A stretch of 64,000 nt of DNA from Campylobacterales bacterium. Its GTDB lineage: Bacteria; Campylobacterota; Campylobacteria; Campylobacterales; Arcobacteraceae. Below are positions 47,407 through 57,239 of the stretch, piece by piece. Under the pieces are notes generated by a model. That model made no database searches, was not told the DNA's origin, and saw only the letters and a program-made list of their open reading frames with translations. The position numbers were made by a program, and so were the translations under genes. The stretch is from contig JAGYNS010000001.1 in assembly GCA_018399655.1 (NCBI GenBank), forward strand, positions 4,658-68,657, in the 5' to 3' direction. Within the stretch, counting starts at the first letter, position 1, and every line of letters starts with the position of its first letter.

Positions 47407-48259
47407 ACTATTTTGGCCAATAACGGCACCAATTCGATTTATCCAAAACAATTTTAAAACGGTCCTTTTTTTAACAATCCTTTATTTTATCATTGCAAGT
47501 AGTGATGCCCCTGATCTTAAACAGCCAAATCTTCAAATTATTGAACTTAGTGGTCCCATTATGGTGGTTGATGAAGTTTTAGAAAAAATAGAAAAGGCAA
47601 AAAAAGATACTACCATCAAAGGGGTACTTTTAAAAATAAACTCCCCTGGTGGTGCCGTTGCACCCTCAGTGGAAGTAGCCTATGCTATAAAAGAGCTCAA
47701 TGAGCAAAAACCAGTAGTAGCATATGCTAGTGGTATTATGGCAAGTGGTAGTTACTACAGTGCTATTTGGGCAAGCCAGATCATTGCTAATCCTGGAAGT
47801 ATGATAGGAAGTATTGGGGTGATTATGCAAAGTTTGGATGCGAGCGAGCTTATGGATAAAATAGGGATCAAAACCCAAACAGTCAAAGCAGGAGAGTATA
47901 AAGAATCTGGAACCCCTACACGGCAATGGACACAACAAGAAAGGGAAGAGCTTGAAAAAATTACAAAAAATACCTATAATATGTTTGTTGAAGATGTAGC
48001 GACTGCTAGAGGATTAGCTGTAGAGGATCACAAAAGTTATGCTAATGCTCATATTTTTACTGCCAATGGTGCTTTAAAAGTGGGGCTTGTAGATCAAGTG
48101 GGTACTTTAAGTGTTGCAAAAAAAAGGGTTGAAAACTTAAGTAAGGTGGAAAATCCTATATGGGCAAAAGAGGATAAGATGGATCAATTTATTAATAAAT
48201 TGGTCAATAGAACTATCCAAACATTTGTAAACCAATTTGGTGGATTACAAGCATATTAA
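47390..48259 (+). CDS. sppA: Signal peptide peptidase SppA
   Basis: INSPGG, ASGSYY, GSIGV, KAGEYKE. Confidence 0.95.
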   Translation: MNFISKLFWPITAPIRFIQNNFKTVLFLTILYFIIASSDAPDLKQPNLQIIELSGPIMVVDEVLEKIEKAKKDTTIKGVLLKINSPGGAVAPSVEVAYAIKELNEQKPVVAYASGIMASGSYYSAIWASQIIANPGSMIGSIGVIMQSLDASELMDKIGIKTQTVKAGEYKESGTPTRQWTQQEREELEKITKNTYNMFVEDVATARGLAVEDHKSYANAHIFTANGALKVGLVDQVGTLSVAKKRVENLSKVENPIWAKEDKMDQFINKLVNRTIQTFVNQFGGLQAY

Positions 48260-48271
48260 GAGGACTTTGTA

Positions 48272-48475
48272 ATGGATGAGCTAATAGTAACTAGAGATGA
48301 ACTGAAACAACTTTTTAGTGAGGGGATACTAAAAGACACCCCAAAAGGGTGGTTCTATAAAGATACTGAAATAGATATCATCGCTATTCATAACAAAGAA
48401 ACCAAACTAGTTCCTGATGTTACAAAAGCAGAAACTTATAGACTAACAAAAAAAGAGAAGAGATATTATAAATAA
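48272..48475 (+). CDS. Hypothetical protein
   Basis: 67-aa ORF with GAGG RBS, stop overlaps mqnE start. Confidence 0.7.
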   Translation: MDELIVTRDELKQLFSEGILKDTPKGWFYKDTEIDIIAIHNKETKLVPDVTKAETYRLTKKEKRYYK

Positions 48476-49530
48476 TGACACTATTAGAAAAAATTGAAAA
48501 CAACGAAAATTTGACCCATGAAGAGGGTTTAAACCTATATGAGATGGATCTAATTGAACTTGGGAAAATAGCAAACAAGATACGAGAAGAGAAATTTCAA
48601 AGAAAAACCTACTACAATATCAACCGCCATATAAATCCAACCAATGTTTGCAAAGATGTTTGCCAATTTTGTGCTTATAGTGCCAGTAGGAAAAATCCAA
48701 ACCAATACACTATGACCCATGAGGAGATTTTGGATACTGTATCAAAAAGTGTAAACAATGGGATCAAAGAGGTACATATCGTCTCAGCCCACAATCCAGA
48801 TACGGGACTAGAGTGGTATCTTGAAATTTTTCAAAAAATTAAACAAAAATACCCCCACTTGCATATCAAAGCTTTAACTGCAGCTGAAATTCATTTTTTA
48901 GCCCAGCAATACCATAAAAGTTATGATGAAATAATTGATATGATGTGTCAGTATGGAGTTGATTCTATGCCTGGTGGTGGTGCAGAGATATTTGATGAGC
49001 AGATTCGAAAAAGAGTATGTGGTGGAAAAGTAAGCTCACAACAGTGGCTAGAGATACACAAACTTTGGCACCAAAAAGGTAGAAAGTCTAATGCCACAAT
49101 GCTTTTTGGTCATATAGAAAATAGATCTCATCGTATAGATCATATGTTGCGACTTCGAGATTTACAAGATGAAACTGGTGGTTTTAATGCTTTTATCCCT
49201 TTGGTGTATCAAAAGGAGAATAACTTTTTAAAAGTGGAAGATTTTCCAACGGCACAAGAGATATTAAAAACATTTGCCATTGCAAGAATCATTTTGCAAA
49301 ACATACCAAACCTTAAAGCATATTGGGTTACTTCATCGATAAAACTGGCTCTTTTAGCTCAAGAGTTTGGAGCCAATGATCTTGATGGAACTATAGAAAA
49401 AGAATCAATAAATAGTGCCGCAGGGGCAGCAAGTGCCAACGGGATGAAGCAAAATGAGTTTGTAGAATTGATAAAAAATAGTGGCTTTGATCCAGTACAA
49501 AGAGATAGCTTATACAAGGAGTTAGATTAG
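48475..49530 (+). CDS. mqnE: Aminofutalosine synthase MqnE (radical SAM)
   Basis: HINPTNVCKDVCQFCAY, MPGGGAEIF, NATMLFGHIE, FGANDLDGTI. Confidence 0.93.
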   Translation: MTLLEKIENNENLTHEEGLNLYEMDLIELGKIANKIREEKFQRKTYYNINRHINPTNVCKDVCQFCAYSASRKNPNQYTMTHEEILDTVSKSVNNGIKEVHIVSAHNPDTGLEWYLEIFQKIKQKYPHLHIKALTAAEIHFLAQQYHKSYDEIIDMMCQYGVDSMPGGGAEIFDEQIRKRVCGGKVSSQQWLEIHKLWHQKGRKSNATMLFGHIENRSHRIDHMLRLRDLQDETGGFNAFIPLVYQKENNFLKVEDFPTAQEILKTFAIARIILQNIPNLKAYWVTSSIKLALLAQEFGANDLDGTIEKESINSAAGAASANGMKQNEFVELIKNSGFDPVQRDSLYKELD

Positions 49531-49896
49531 ATGAATGAACAATACAATACCTTAAACCCCCAAGAGCAAAGGGTGATTTTAGATAAAGGGACAGAAAGAG
49601 CTTTTAGTGGAGAATATTGGGATTTTAAGCAAGAGGGAACTTATACTTGTAGACAATGCAATACTCCCCTTTTTGACTCAAATGCAAAATTTGATAGTGG
49701 CACTGGATGGCCTAGCTTTGATGATATCATTGAGAATAATGTCAAAGAGCTTCCTGATAGTGACGGCAGAAGAGTAGAAATAGTATGTGCAAAATGTGGT
49801 GGACATCTAGGGCATGTTTTTAGAGGGGAAGGTTTTACCCAAAAGAGTACACGCCACTGTGTCAACTCTATCTCACTTGATTTTCAAAAGAGATAA
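49531..49896 (+). CDS. msrB: Methionine-R-sulfoxide reductase
   Basis: GTERAF, KFDSGTGWPSF, HLGHVF, RHCVNS. Confidence 0.96.
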   Translation: MNEQYNTLNPQEQRVILDKGTERAFSGEYWDFKQEGTYTCRQCNTPLFDSNAKFDSGTGWPSFDDIIENNVKELPDSDGRRVEIVCAKCGGHLGHVFRGEGFTQKSTRHCVNSISLDFQKR

Positions 49897-49907
49897 AAGG
49901 AGCTCCC

Positions 49908-50222
49908 ATCGAAATAAAATTTATCTATATCAAAAACTATTTGCATATCCCAAGACGGGATAAGCTGGACTTTTTTAAACTCACAGGAAAGTTTGAAAAT
50001 TTTCGTATTGCCAATCAAAAAGTGGTATTAAGCGATAGTTCCCTTTTAATCGAATGTGATCAATCTACGAATGTGGAAAAAGCCAAAGAGCATATTGATG
50101 CTTTTTTTGGAAAAAAAGAGTATCAATATATAGAAACAAAAATATTAAAAGAGATTGTTTTGGATAAAGATCAAATTAAATTGATCTTTCAAAACAATAG
50201 CCATATCAATATTTCAGTATAA
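49908..50222 (+). CDS. Hypothetical protein (start uncertain: ATC 49908 or TTG 49941)
   Basis: Open frame between msrB and msrA; AAGGAG sits 5 nt before an in-frame ATC. Confidence 0.6.
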   Translation: MEIKFIYIKNYLHIPRRDKLDFFKLTGKFENFRIANQKVVLSDSSLLIECDQSTNVEKAKEHIDAFFGKKEYQYIETKILKEIVLDKDQIKLIFQNNSHINISV

Positions 50223-50231
50223 GGGGAAAAG

Positions 50232-50723
50232 ATGGAACAAAAAAATGCTTATTTTGCAGGGGGTTGTTTTTGGGGAGTTGAATACTACTTTGAAAACTTT
50301 AAAGGGGTTCAAAGTGCTATAAGTGGATATATGGGTGGTCATCTAAATAACCCAAGCTACAAAGAGGTATGTAGAGGGAATACGGGACATCTTGAAGTGG
50401 TAAAGGTGGTCTATAACCCTTTGGAAGTAAGTTTTAAGGAGCTTGCAAAACTTTTTTTTGAAACCCACAATCCAGAACAAACCAATGGTCAAGGTCCAGA
50501 CTTAGGTCCTCAGTATTTAAGTGCTATTTTTTACAACGATGAAGAGGAGAAAAAAGTTGCACAAGAGCTTATAGCTACACTTGAATCAAAGGGATACAAG
50601 ATCGCTACAAAACTTCACTCAACACACAACACTCCATTTTTTGAAGCGGAGGAGTATCATCAAGATTATTACTTCAAACACAATAAAACCCCTTATTGTC
50701 ACTGCTACACCAAAAGGTTTTAA
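50232..50723 (+). CDS. msrA: Peptide-methionine (S)-S-oxide reductase
   Basis: FAGGCFWGVE, GQGPDLGPQY, AEEYHQDY. Confidence 0.97.
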   Translation: MEQKNAYFAGGCFWGVEYYFENFKGVQSAISGYMGGHLNNPSYKEVCRGNTGHLEVVKVVYNPLEVSFKELAKLFFETHNPEQTNGQGPDLGPQYLSAIFYNDEEEKKVAQELIATLESKGYKIATKLHSTHNTPFFEAEEYHQDYYFKHNKTPYCHCYTKRF

Positions 50724-50729
50724 TCTTTT

Positions 50730-51695
50730 TTATTCCTGTTTAAAATTTGGATTGAGTTTTAAAAGTACTAAATCAGCTACGATATTTCCAAGAAGTGTTA
50801 AGAAAGCTCCAATGATCAATATCCCCATAATCACTGGATAATCTCTACTTAAAGCACTTTGGAAAAACAAAAGTCCCATCCCATCAATAGAAAAAATTGT
50901 CTCTAGTATCACACTCCCCCCAATAATCCCAGGAAGTGAAAGTCCTAAAAGTGTGATAACTGGGGGATAAAGATTAGGTAATATATAGTATCGAAGAATC
51001 TTTGAAGAGCTTAATCCTCTTGCTTTTGCCCAAAAAATATAATCACTCTTTAGTATCTCCAAGGTTAAAGATCGAATATACAAAATCAAACTTCCAAGCC
51101 CAGAAAATATAATAATCCCAATAGGCAAGATAAGATGCCATGCCGTATCAAGGTAATATTCAAAACTTCCCTGCTCTAGTCCAGGGGTATGCAAACCTGC
51201 TATTGGAAGCCACTGTAGTGAGACTGAAAATATGAGTACAAGCAACAACGCAAGATAAAATGAAGGCAATGAAAAACTTAAAAGTGCCAACTGTCCTATA
51301 GCTTTATCAAGCCACCTGCCTTTATGAAGTGCTGCTTTTATCCCAAGATACAAACAAAGAACAAAAATAAATACCATACTAATGATATTGATCGTAAGGG
51401 TAATTGGGATTCTACTTAATATCTCATCTTTAACTGATGCTCCACTTGCAAATGAGATACCAAAATCAAGATGCAATATATTGACAACCCACGAGAAAAA
51501 CTGGATATACAACGGCTGATCGAGTCCATACACTTGTTTTAGTTTTTCAACCGCTTCAGGGGTAATATTGGGATTGAGTTCACCACTTGCAAAAAAACTA
51601 TGGGGTGCTAGATTGATAGCAATAAATGAGATAACAGAGATAATAAAAAGCATCAGTGCCAAATAGATCATTTTTTTTAACATTAGTTTAACCAT
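50730..51695 (-). CDS. ABC transporter permease (DppB/OppB family)
   Basis: [34 protein letters not shown]. Confidence 0.93.
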   Translation of the reverse strand: MVKLMLKKMIYLALMLFIISVISFIAINLAPHSFFASGELNPNITPEAVEKLKQVYGLDQPLYIQFFSWVVNILHLDFGISFASGASVKDEILSRIPITLTINIISMVFIFVLCLYLGIKAALHKGRWLDKAIGQLALLSFSLPSFYLALLLVLIFSVSLQWLPIAGLHTPGLEQGSFEYYLDTAWHLILPIGIIIFSGLGSLILYIRSLTLEILKSDYIFWAKARGLSSSKILRYYILPNLYPPVITLLGLSLPGIIGGSVILETIFSIDGMGLLFFQSALSRDYPVIMGILIIGAFLTLLGNIVADLVLLKLNPNFKQE

Positions 51696-52044
51696 TTTTT
51701 ACCTCAACTGCTACAACGGCTATAGCAAATCCACCATCATGAGTGATACTAAGAGATGAGTCTTTTATTTTAAATTTTTTTCGGATAGCTTTTTTAAACT
51801 TTATCTTTGGAGCATTGTTTTTATCTTTTGAGATCTTTATATCGTGAAATCCACACTTAGCTCCTATGCCTGTACCAATAGCTTTACTTGCTGCTTCTTT
51901 CGCTGCCCAAAATCCTGCTGCGGTTGAAGAGGATTTGACAAGCTGTTTTTCCTCAAAACTCAAAAATCGATCAAGTGCTTTATCTCCAAATTTTTGGATA
52001 AGTTTTTCAATTCTATCAATCACAACGATATCTATACCAATCAT
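51688..52044 (-). CDS. acpS: Holo-ACP synthase
   Basis: [29 protein letters not shown]. Confidence 0.96.
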   Translation of the reverse strand: MIGIDIVVIDRIEKLIQKFGDKALDRFLSFEEKQLVKSSSTAAGFWAAKEAASKAIGTGIGAKCGFHDIKISKDKNNAPKIKFKKAIRKKFKIKDSSLSITHDGGFAIAVVAVEVKNG

Positions 52045-52430
52045 TTTGTGGTTTCCAAATACCTTTCAAGGATAATTTTCGCAGCAATAGAATCAAGTCT
52101 TCCATCTCTTTTGTGTTTGATCTTTCCTTTTGTGAGCTCTTTTGCCTCATAAGAGCTTAAGTTTTCATTTTGAAACACCACTTCCCCTTCAAATTTTAAA
52201 AGCTTTACAAAATGCTCAACTCGTGGTTTCATATCTTCACTAGAGTTTGGGTACCCTACCACTAACATATCGATATCCCACTGCTTTAAAAACTGATCTA
52301 CATCTTTTGCTGCTTGATCTCTATTGACCCTTAAAATAGCATTTTGGGGACTTACAATATTTTCATGCAAACATAAAGCACACCCTATCCGTTTTAGCCC
52401 TATGTCAATTGAAGCTATTTTATTACCCAT
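52041..52430 (-). CDS. ruvX: RuvX/YqgF resolvase-like nuclease
   Basis: [31 protein letters not shown]. Confidence 0.93.
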   Translation of the reverse strand: MGNKIASIDIGLKRIGCALCLHENIVSPQNAILRVNRDQAAKDVDQFLKQWDIDMLVVGYPNSSEDMKPRVEHFVKLLKFEGEVVFQNENLSSYEAKELTKGKIKHKRDGRLDSIAAKIILERYLETTK

Positions 52431-53342
52431 TTAGTCTAAAAGCTCATTTGCTATTTCAAATTTATTTGCTGTCATAAGATGGAGTTTTGGGTGGATCTTT
52501 TGTAAAGATTTTACCAAAGTTCGACTAAGTTCCATCCCCACTTTAAACTCCTCTTGCTCACTTATTCTACTAGCAATTTCTAGTTTTTCTACCCAAAAGC
52601 TAGGGACATTGATCCCTGGGACATGACTTGTTAAAAACTGAGCAGTTCTAAGCTTTGTAATAGGGAAAACCCCTAATATAAGTTGAGATTTTGCCCGTTC
52701 ATCACTAAATCCCTCTTTTGCATTTTCAAAATACTCTAATAGCTTTTTAGCATTGTCTATTTCGTATATTGGTTGAGTTATAACCCCTTTTGCCCCATTT
52801 TTTATTTTTTTATACATCTTTTTCTCTAATGATCTCATATTTTTGGCATATGAGTTTGTCACAGCAAAGGGATAAATAGGCTTTGGTGCTGTTTTAAATG
52901 GCTTTCCTGAATAATCCATCCCGTTGTTAAATGAATAGATCATCTCTAAAAGTAAAGTAGAATTTCCTTCAAAAACCCCTTTAACGCGAGGCTGGTCACT
53001 CATATGAGCTGGATCTCCAGTAAGAGCTAGTACCGCTCGTACATCAAAATCATTGGCTCCTAAAAGATCACTTTGAAGGGCGATTTTATTGCGATCTCTC
53101 ATACTTATGGTCGCTATAACTGGCTTTTTAAATCTCTCTTGCAATTTTAAACTTGCAAACATTGCATTATATTTTAATTTTGCTAGGGGATTATCTGTGG
53201 TACTAAATCCATCTACCCTTTGAGCTAAATTGTATTTTTCTAACTTTTCAATAATCCCATCGATAGTTGGTTCATGAGATGGAGTAGTTTCTAGTGTGAT
53301 ATATCTATCTGTTTGTAATTTTTCTATAAGTTGTTGAAACAT
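52431..53342 (-). CDS. metF: Methylenetetrahydrofolate reductase
   Basis: TDNPLA, MRDRN, LALTGD, ITQPIY, VPGI. Confidence 0.88.
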   Translation of the reverse strand: MFQQLIEKLQTDRYITLETTPSHEPTIDGIIEKLEKYNLAQRVDGFSTTDNPLAKLKYNAMFASLKLQERFKKPVIATISMRDRNKIALQSDLLGANDFDVRAVLALTGDPAHMSDQPRVKGVFEGNSTLLLEMIYSFNNGMDYSGKPFKTAPKPIYPFAVTNSYAKNMRSLEKKMYKKIKNGAKGVITQPIYEIDNAKKLLEYFENAKEGFSDERAKSQLILGVFPITKLRTAQFLTSHVPGINVPSFWVEKLEIASRISEQEEFKVGMELSRTLVKSLQKIHPKLHLMTANKFEIANELLD

Positions 53343-53428
53343 CTAAAATGGAACCTTTTTTGTTTATTTTATACTCTATTTGATATAATGATGATATTGT
53401 ACCAAATTTTTACTAGGAATTAAATTTT

Positions 53429-54049
53429 ATGAAATTAGCAGTATTTGACTTTGACTCTACCCTTATGGATGGGGAGACTATTGATTTTTTTGCAGCGGAG
53501 CTTGGGATTGAAGAGCAAGTAGCAAATATAACAGAACAAGCGATGCAAGGGAAACTTGATTTTTATGAGAGTTTAATCACAAGAGTAAACCTCCTTAAAG
53601 GGCTGGAGTACGAAAAAGTAGTTAAAATAGGAAAAGATCTTCCTTTGATGCCAGGGGCTTATGAAACAATCAAAGCACTTCAAGCTAAGGGGTATAAAAC
53701 AGTTTGTTTTAGTGGTGGTTTTCGAGTAGGAACTGAACCTGCAAAAGAGAAGCTTGGACTTGATGCTGACTTTTCAAATATTCTACACCATAAAAATGGC
53801 AAACTTACAGGGCTAGTTGGTGGAGAGATGATGTTTGACTTTTCAAAAGGGGAGATGATCCAAAGACTTCAAAGACTTTTGGGAGTTCATAGAACAGATA
53901 CTATTGTAGTTGGAGATGGTGCCAATGATCGAAGTATGTTCAAATTTGCCAATACAAGAATAGCATTTTGTGCAAAAGATATTTTAAAAAAAGAAGCCAA
54001 TATTATTATTGATACAAAAGATCTAACTCAGATTTTAGATAAAATCTAA
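53429..54049 (+). CDS. serB: Phosphoserine phosphatase
   Basis: FDFDSTL, SGGF, VGDGAND. Confidence 0.96.
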   Translation: MKLAVFDFDSTLMDGETIDFFAAELGIEEQVANITEQAMQGKLDFYESLITRVNLLKGLEYEKVVKIGKDLPLMPGAYETIKALQAKGYKTVCFSGGFRVGTEPAKEKLGLDADFSNILHHKNGKLTGLVGGEMMFDFSKGEMIQRLQRLLGVHRTDTIVVGDGANDRSMFKFANTRIAFCAKDILKKEANIIIDTKDLTQILDKI

Positions 54050-55203
54050 AAATTTATCAACTCAAAAGAGCCTCTTTTGACTTGATAAAGTTTCACGGGA
54101 TATACCACTTGGTTGTCAACAATTTTCAAAGGGGCAAATCTATCGATATTGTTTGATACAAGATACTCTACAGCTATCATACTACTATAATTGACCCAAT
54201 TATAAGAGATATTGTTCCCTAAAAGTTCACTATACCCTTTATATTGTTGAGATAAATTCGATATGGAGCTTGCTATTATTACATTGTCTATATCCTCTTT
54301 TTGGGTTAAAGAGAATATTAGCGGGGTAAAATTGAGTTGTGTTGAAAGTACATATTTAGGATTGATCTCTTCTGCTGTAAGAGCTGAAAGGAGCATAGAG
54401 CTTTTCACTATTGGGGTATTTAATATCAATACGGAACCATCAAGTCTCCACTGTAGATCTGATACGATTTTTTTATACCATCCATTATTATCATCTATTT
54501 GTCTGCTATAAGAGACTTTATGTGAAGCTAAGAAGTTGTGTAAAGTAGCTCCTATAGTGGAGTTATCATAAAACTCAACAATTTTATTACCCCTTGCATA
54601 TTCTACAAGCTTTGAAAACTGCTGCTGATAACTTATCCCAGTAAAAAGTAAATTGACTTTTTGAAGATGCTTATCATAAATAATTTCATCTTTATTAATA
54701 AGTGGTAGAACTATTTTTATATCAGATGGAAGTTCTATATCCTTTAAGGTATCCAAATGATCTTTTGTGATCATAAGAATCACATTACTAATCTCATTTT
54801 GAGTAATAGTTTTTAAAACAGTGGTAATGCTTTGCTTTGTCTGTCTTTGTATATCAAAAGTCTCAATATGATATGGTGTCATAGAGTGTGACTGTAGGAG
54901 ATATCCATTTATAGTATTGATAGCTTCTAGGGCATATCTATTTATTTCTGAAGATGGGTATACTATTGCAATATAATCTTTCTTTTCAACTTCAAAAGTT
55001 GCTATCCCATCACTTTGATCAATTACAGGTGGTGCTATTGCTTTAATCTCTTGAATTTTTTTCTCTTCAATTGGTAAGTTTTTACCATGTGCCGTTGTTT
55101 TTTCAACAGGATCTTCTATCACTGTTACATACCCTTGATCTTTAGGAGCACATCCTATAAAAAGAAAAATTAAAAATACTAGAAAAAAAATGTTTTTACT
55201 CAC
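54046..55203 (-). CDS. Hypothetical lipoprotein (periplasmic-binding/LpoA-like fold possible)
   Basis: Lipobox FIGC; 385-aa ORF. Confidence 0.7.
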   Translation of the reverse strand: MSKNIFFLVFLIFLFIGCAPKDQGYVTVIEDPVEKTTAHGKNLPIEEKKIQEIKAIAPPVIDQSDGIATFEVEKKDYIAIVYPSSEINRYALEAINTINGYLLQSHSMTPYHIETFDIQRQTKQSITTVLKTITQNEISNVILMITKDHLDTLKDIELPSDIKIVLPLINKDEIIYDKHLQKVNLLFTGISYQQQFSKLVEYARGNKIVEFYDNSTIGATLHNFLASHKVSYSRQIDDNNGWYKKIVSDLQWRLDGSVLILNTPIVKSSMLLSALTAEEINPKYVLSTQLNFTPLIFSLTQKEDIDNVIIASSISNLSQQYKGYSELLGNNISYNWVNYSSMIAVEYLVSNNIDRFAPLKIVDNQVVYPVKLYQVKRGSFELINF

Positions 55204-55844
55204 TATATATACCTTTTTATTTTGTTAATTGTTTGGATCATCTCATCATGATAGGAAGGATTTTTATATAAAAACTCTAAGTCATAAAAAGGAAATAAAA
55301 TACTACTTTTGTATTGATATTGTGATCCATAATTTATTGTCTCATTTTGAGCTATATTTAAAAAATATTGCCAACTTTTTCCAAATGTAATAATTATATC
55401 TGGTTTTTGAATCTCTAGTTGCTTATAGATAAAATCTTTGCAACTTTCGCAATATTGTTCCTTTTGTCTCAAAGTATAATCAACAGAACATTTTATAATA
55501 TTTGTTCTATAAATCTCTTGAAAATGAACTCCTAAAACCTCTAATATTTTTTCCATCAAATTGGACAAATTTTGATTTTTACTTTGATAAAGTTCATCTA
55601 TCATATATATCTTACTTGATGGATTACCACTTCCTATAACCTTTTTGTCTGTTAATTTAGAAAGCTCACACAAAGAACAGTGTTCAATCATCTCATTAAG
55701 CTCTTTGAGTGTATTAGGAAGCTTTGTATTATTATATTGCTTATATAAATTTTTATATTCAAACTCTTCAATATATTCCACTCCAAATGTTTTATATACC
55801 TTTAAAGTATGAAGTAGATGCTGTTTATCATTTTCTAATATCAT
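55203..55844 (-). CDS. Uracil-DNA glycosylase family 4-like protein, degenerate active site
   Basis: CSLCEL, TNIIKC, C..FIYKQLEIQKPDIIITFG. Confidence 0.8.
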   Translation of the reverse strand: MILENDKQHLLHTLKVYKTFGVEYIEEFEYKNLYKQYNNTKLPNTLKELNEMIEHCSLCELSKLTDKKVIGSGNPSSKIYMIDELYQSKNQNLSNLMEKILEVLGVHFQEIYRTNIIKCSVDYTLRQKEQYCESCKDFIYKQLEIQKPDIIITFGKSWQYFLNIAQNETINYGSQYQYKSSILFPFYDLEFLYKNPSYHDEMIQTINKIKRYI

Positions 55845-55880
55845 AATTTATTGTACAAAAATAATACTTTTATACTCTTT

Positions 55881-55944
55881 TGTTCCATTATTTGGAACAT
55901 TTGTAATAATTTATCTTGACATTTGTTCCAACATTTGGTACAAT
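55881..55944 (+). promoter_or_regulatory. Sigma70 promoter with two palindromic operators
   Basis: TTGACA (55916-21)-17 bp-TACAAT (55939-44); TGTTCCA-N5-TGGAACA (55881-99) and TGTTCCA-N5-TGGTACA (55924-42). Confidence 0.8.
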
Positions 55945-55976
55945 TTGAACTCAATATGACTTTTGAAGGAAGAGTG

Positions 55977-56207
55977 ATGACTGCACCAAATGTAAAAAAG
56001 GGTCCTAGTTTAAGGAAATTAGAGAATGATTTAGAGGTAAATAAGACAACTCTACACAATTGGAAACAAAACCGTCCAAAATTGTATGAGTTTATTATTG
56101 AATCGTATGAGCATAAAACAGCTCTAAAAGAAAATATTATGTTTTTGATTGATCAGAAAAAGAAAATTGAAGATAGAATAGATAAAGAACAACAAAAAGT
56201 GTCGTAA
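55977..56207 (+). CDS. Small HTH + coiled-coil protein, putative regulator
   Basis: GAAGGA RBS before ATG 55977; SLRKLENDLEVNKTTLHNWK HTH pattern. Confidence 0.75.
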   Translation: MTAPNVKKGPSLRKLENDLEVNKTTLHNWKQNRPKLYEFIIESYEHKTALKENIMFLIDQKKKIEDRIDKEQQKVS

Positions 56208-56208
56208 G

Positions 56209-56241
56209 TATAAATAGTTTTAAAGACTAAAACTATTTATA
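56209..56241. terminator. Hairpin between convergent genes (probable bidirectional terminator)
   Basis: TATAAATAGTTTTA-aagac-TAAAACTATTTATA 14-bp stem. Confidence 0.6.
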
Positions 56242-56451
56242 TCTATGTGTTATTCTACCTTTGTCTAAGGAGTATGGAGTGATCTCTACAGTCACTCTAT
56301 CACCTAGTAGTATTTTAATATAATGCATTCGCATTTTCCCTGAGATATGACATAAAACTATATGACCATTATCCAACTCAACTCTAAATGTTGCATTCGG
56401 TAAAACTTCAACAACCTTACCATCTACAACAATGACATCATCTTTTGCCAT
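56233..56451 (-). CDS. infA: Translation initiation factor IF-1
   Basis: [29 protein letters not shown]. Confidence 0.98.
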   Translation of the reverse strand: MAKDDVIVVDGKVVEVLPNATFRVELDNGHIVLCHISGKMRMHYIKILLGDRVTVEITPYSLDKGRITHRYK

Positions 56452-56472
56452 AATATATTTCCCCTTGTTTTA

Positions 56473-57234
56473 TTATAATTGCGTGAGTATGGTAGCTTTA
56501 CCATCTACTACTGCAATTTGATGTTCATAATGACTAGTGCGTAATCCATCGCTACTTCGAACTGACCATTTATCTTCACTATCCACTACTGGTTCTTCAT
56601 CCTTTTGGCAAACCATAGGCTCAATACAAAACACCATCCCATTTTTTATTTTGGGACCTTGCTTTGCACTTGGTGCATCAAGATAATTAGGAACTTCTGG
56701 ATCACAATGAGCAGCTCTTCCAATACCATGACCACAAAAATTGATAAGTGGTACATATCCCCTATCGGTAATAAAATTTTCAAGAGCAAGACTAAGCTCT
56801 TTGAATCGCATCCCTTGCTTAATTATATCAATTGCATAAAATAATGCATCTTTACTACAAGCAATAAGATCTTCATCTTCTTTGGAAATTTTACCAATAG
56901 GCATAGTAATAGCCGCATCACCATACCATCCATCAATTTCACTTCCTATATCAAGTCCTAGGATATCACCCTCTTGAATAATAGTATTTGTAGGAACACC
57001 ATGAATAATCACTTCATTAAGTGAGGTACATACAGCATTAGGAAAGCCATAAAGCCCTTTAAATGAAGGTCTAGCTCCTAATTCTCTTAAGAACTTTTCC
57101 CCCATTGTATCAATCTGCAAAAGGCTCATTCCTGGTTGTACATTATTTTGAAGATATTGTAAGGTTTTCGCCACAGCTTGACCTGCTGTGCGAAGTTTTT
57201 CTATCTCTGCAGGTTTTCGTAATGGTATAGCCAT
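56473..57234 (-). CDS. map: Methionine aminopeptidase type I
   Basis: CTSLNEVIIHGVP, GHGIG, IEPMV, HYEH. Confidence 0.97.
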   Translation of the reverse strand: MAIPLRKPAEIEKLRTAGQAVAKTLQYLQNNVQPGMSLLQIDTMGEKFLRELGARPSFKGLYGFPNAVCTSLNEVIIHGVPTNTIIQEGDILGLDIGSEIDGWYGDAAITMPIGKISKEDEDLIACSKDALFYAIDIIKQGMRFKELSLALENFITDRGYVPLINFCGHGIGRAAHCDPEVPNYLDAPSAKQGPKIKNGMVFCIEPMVCQKDEEPVVDSEDKWSVRSSDGLRTSHYEHQIAVVDGKATILTQL

Positions 57235-57239
57235 AACGC

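Noticed and set aside
55923-55976. Longer start for the HTH gene
   Set aside because: This stretch overlaps the promoter and operator; the RBS supports ATG 55977
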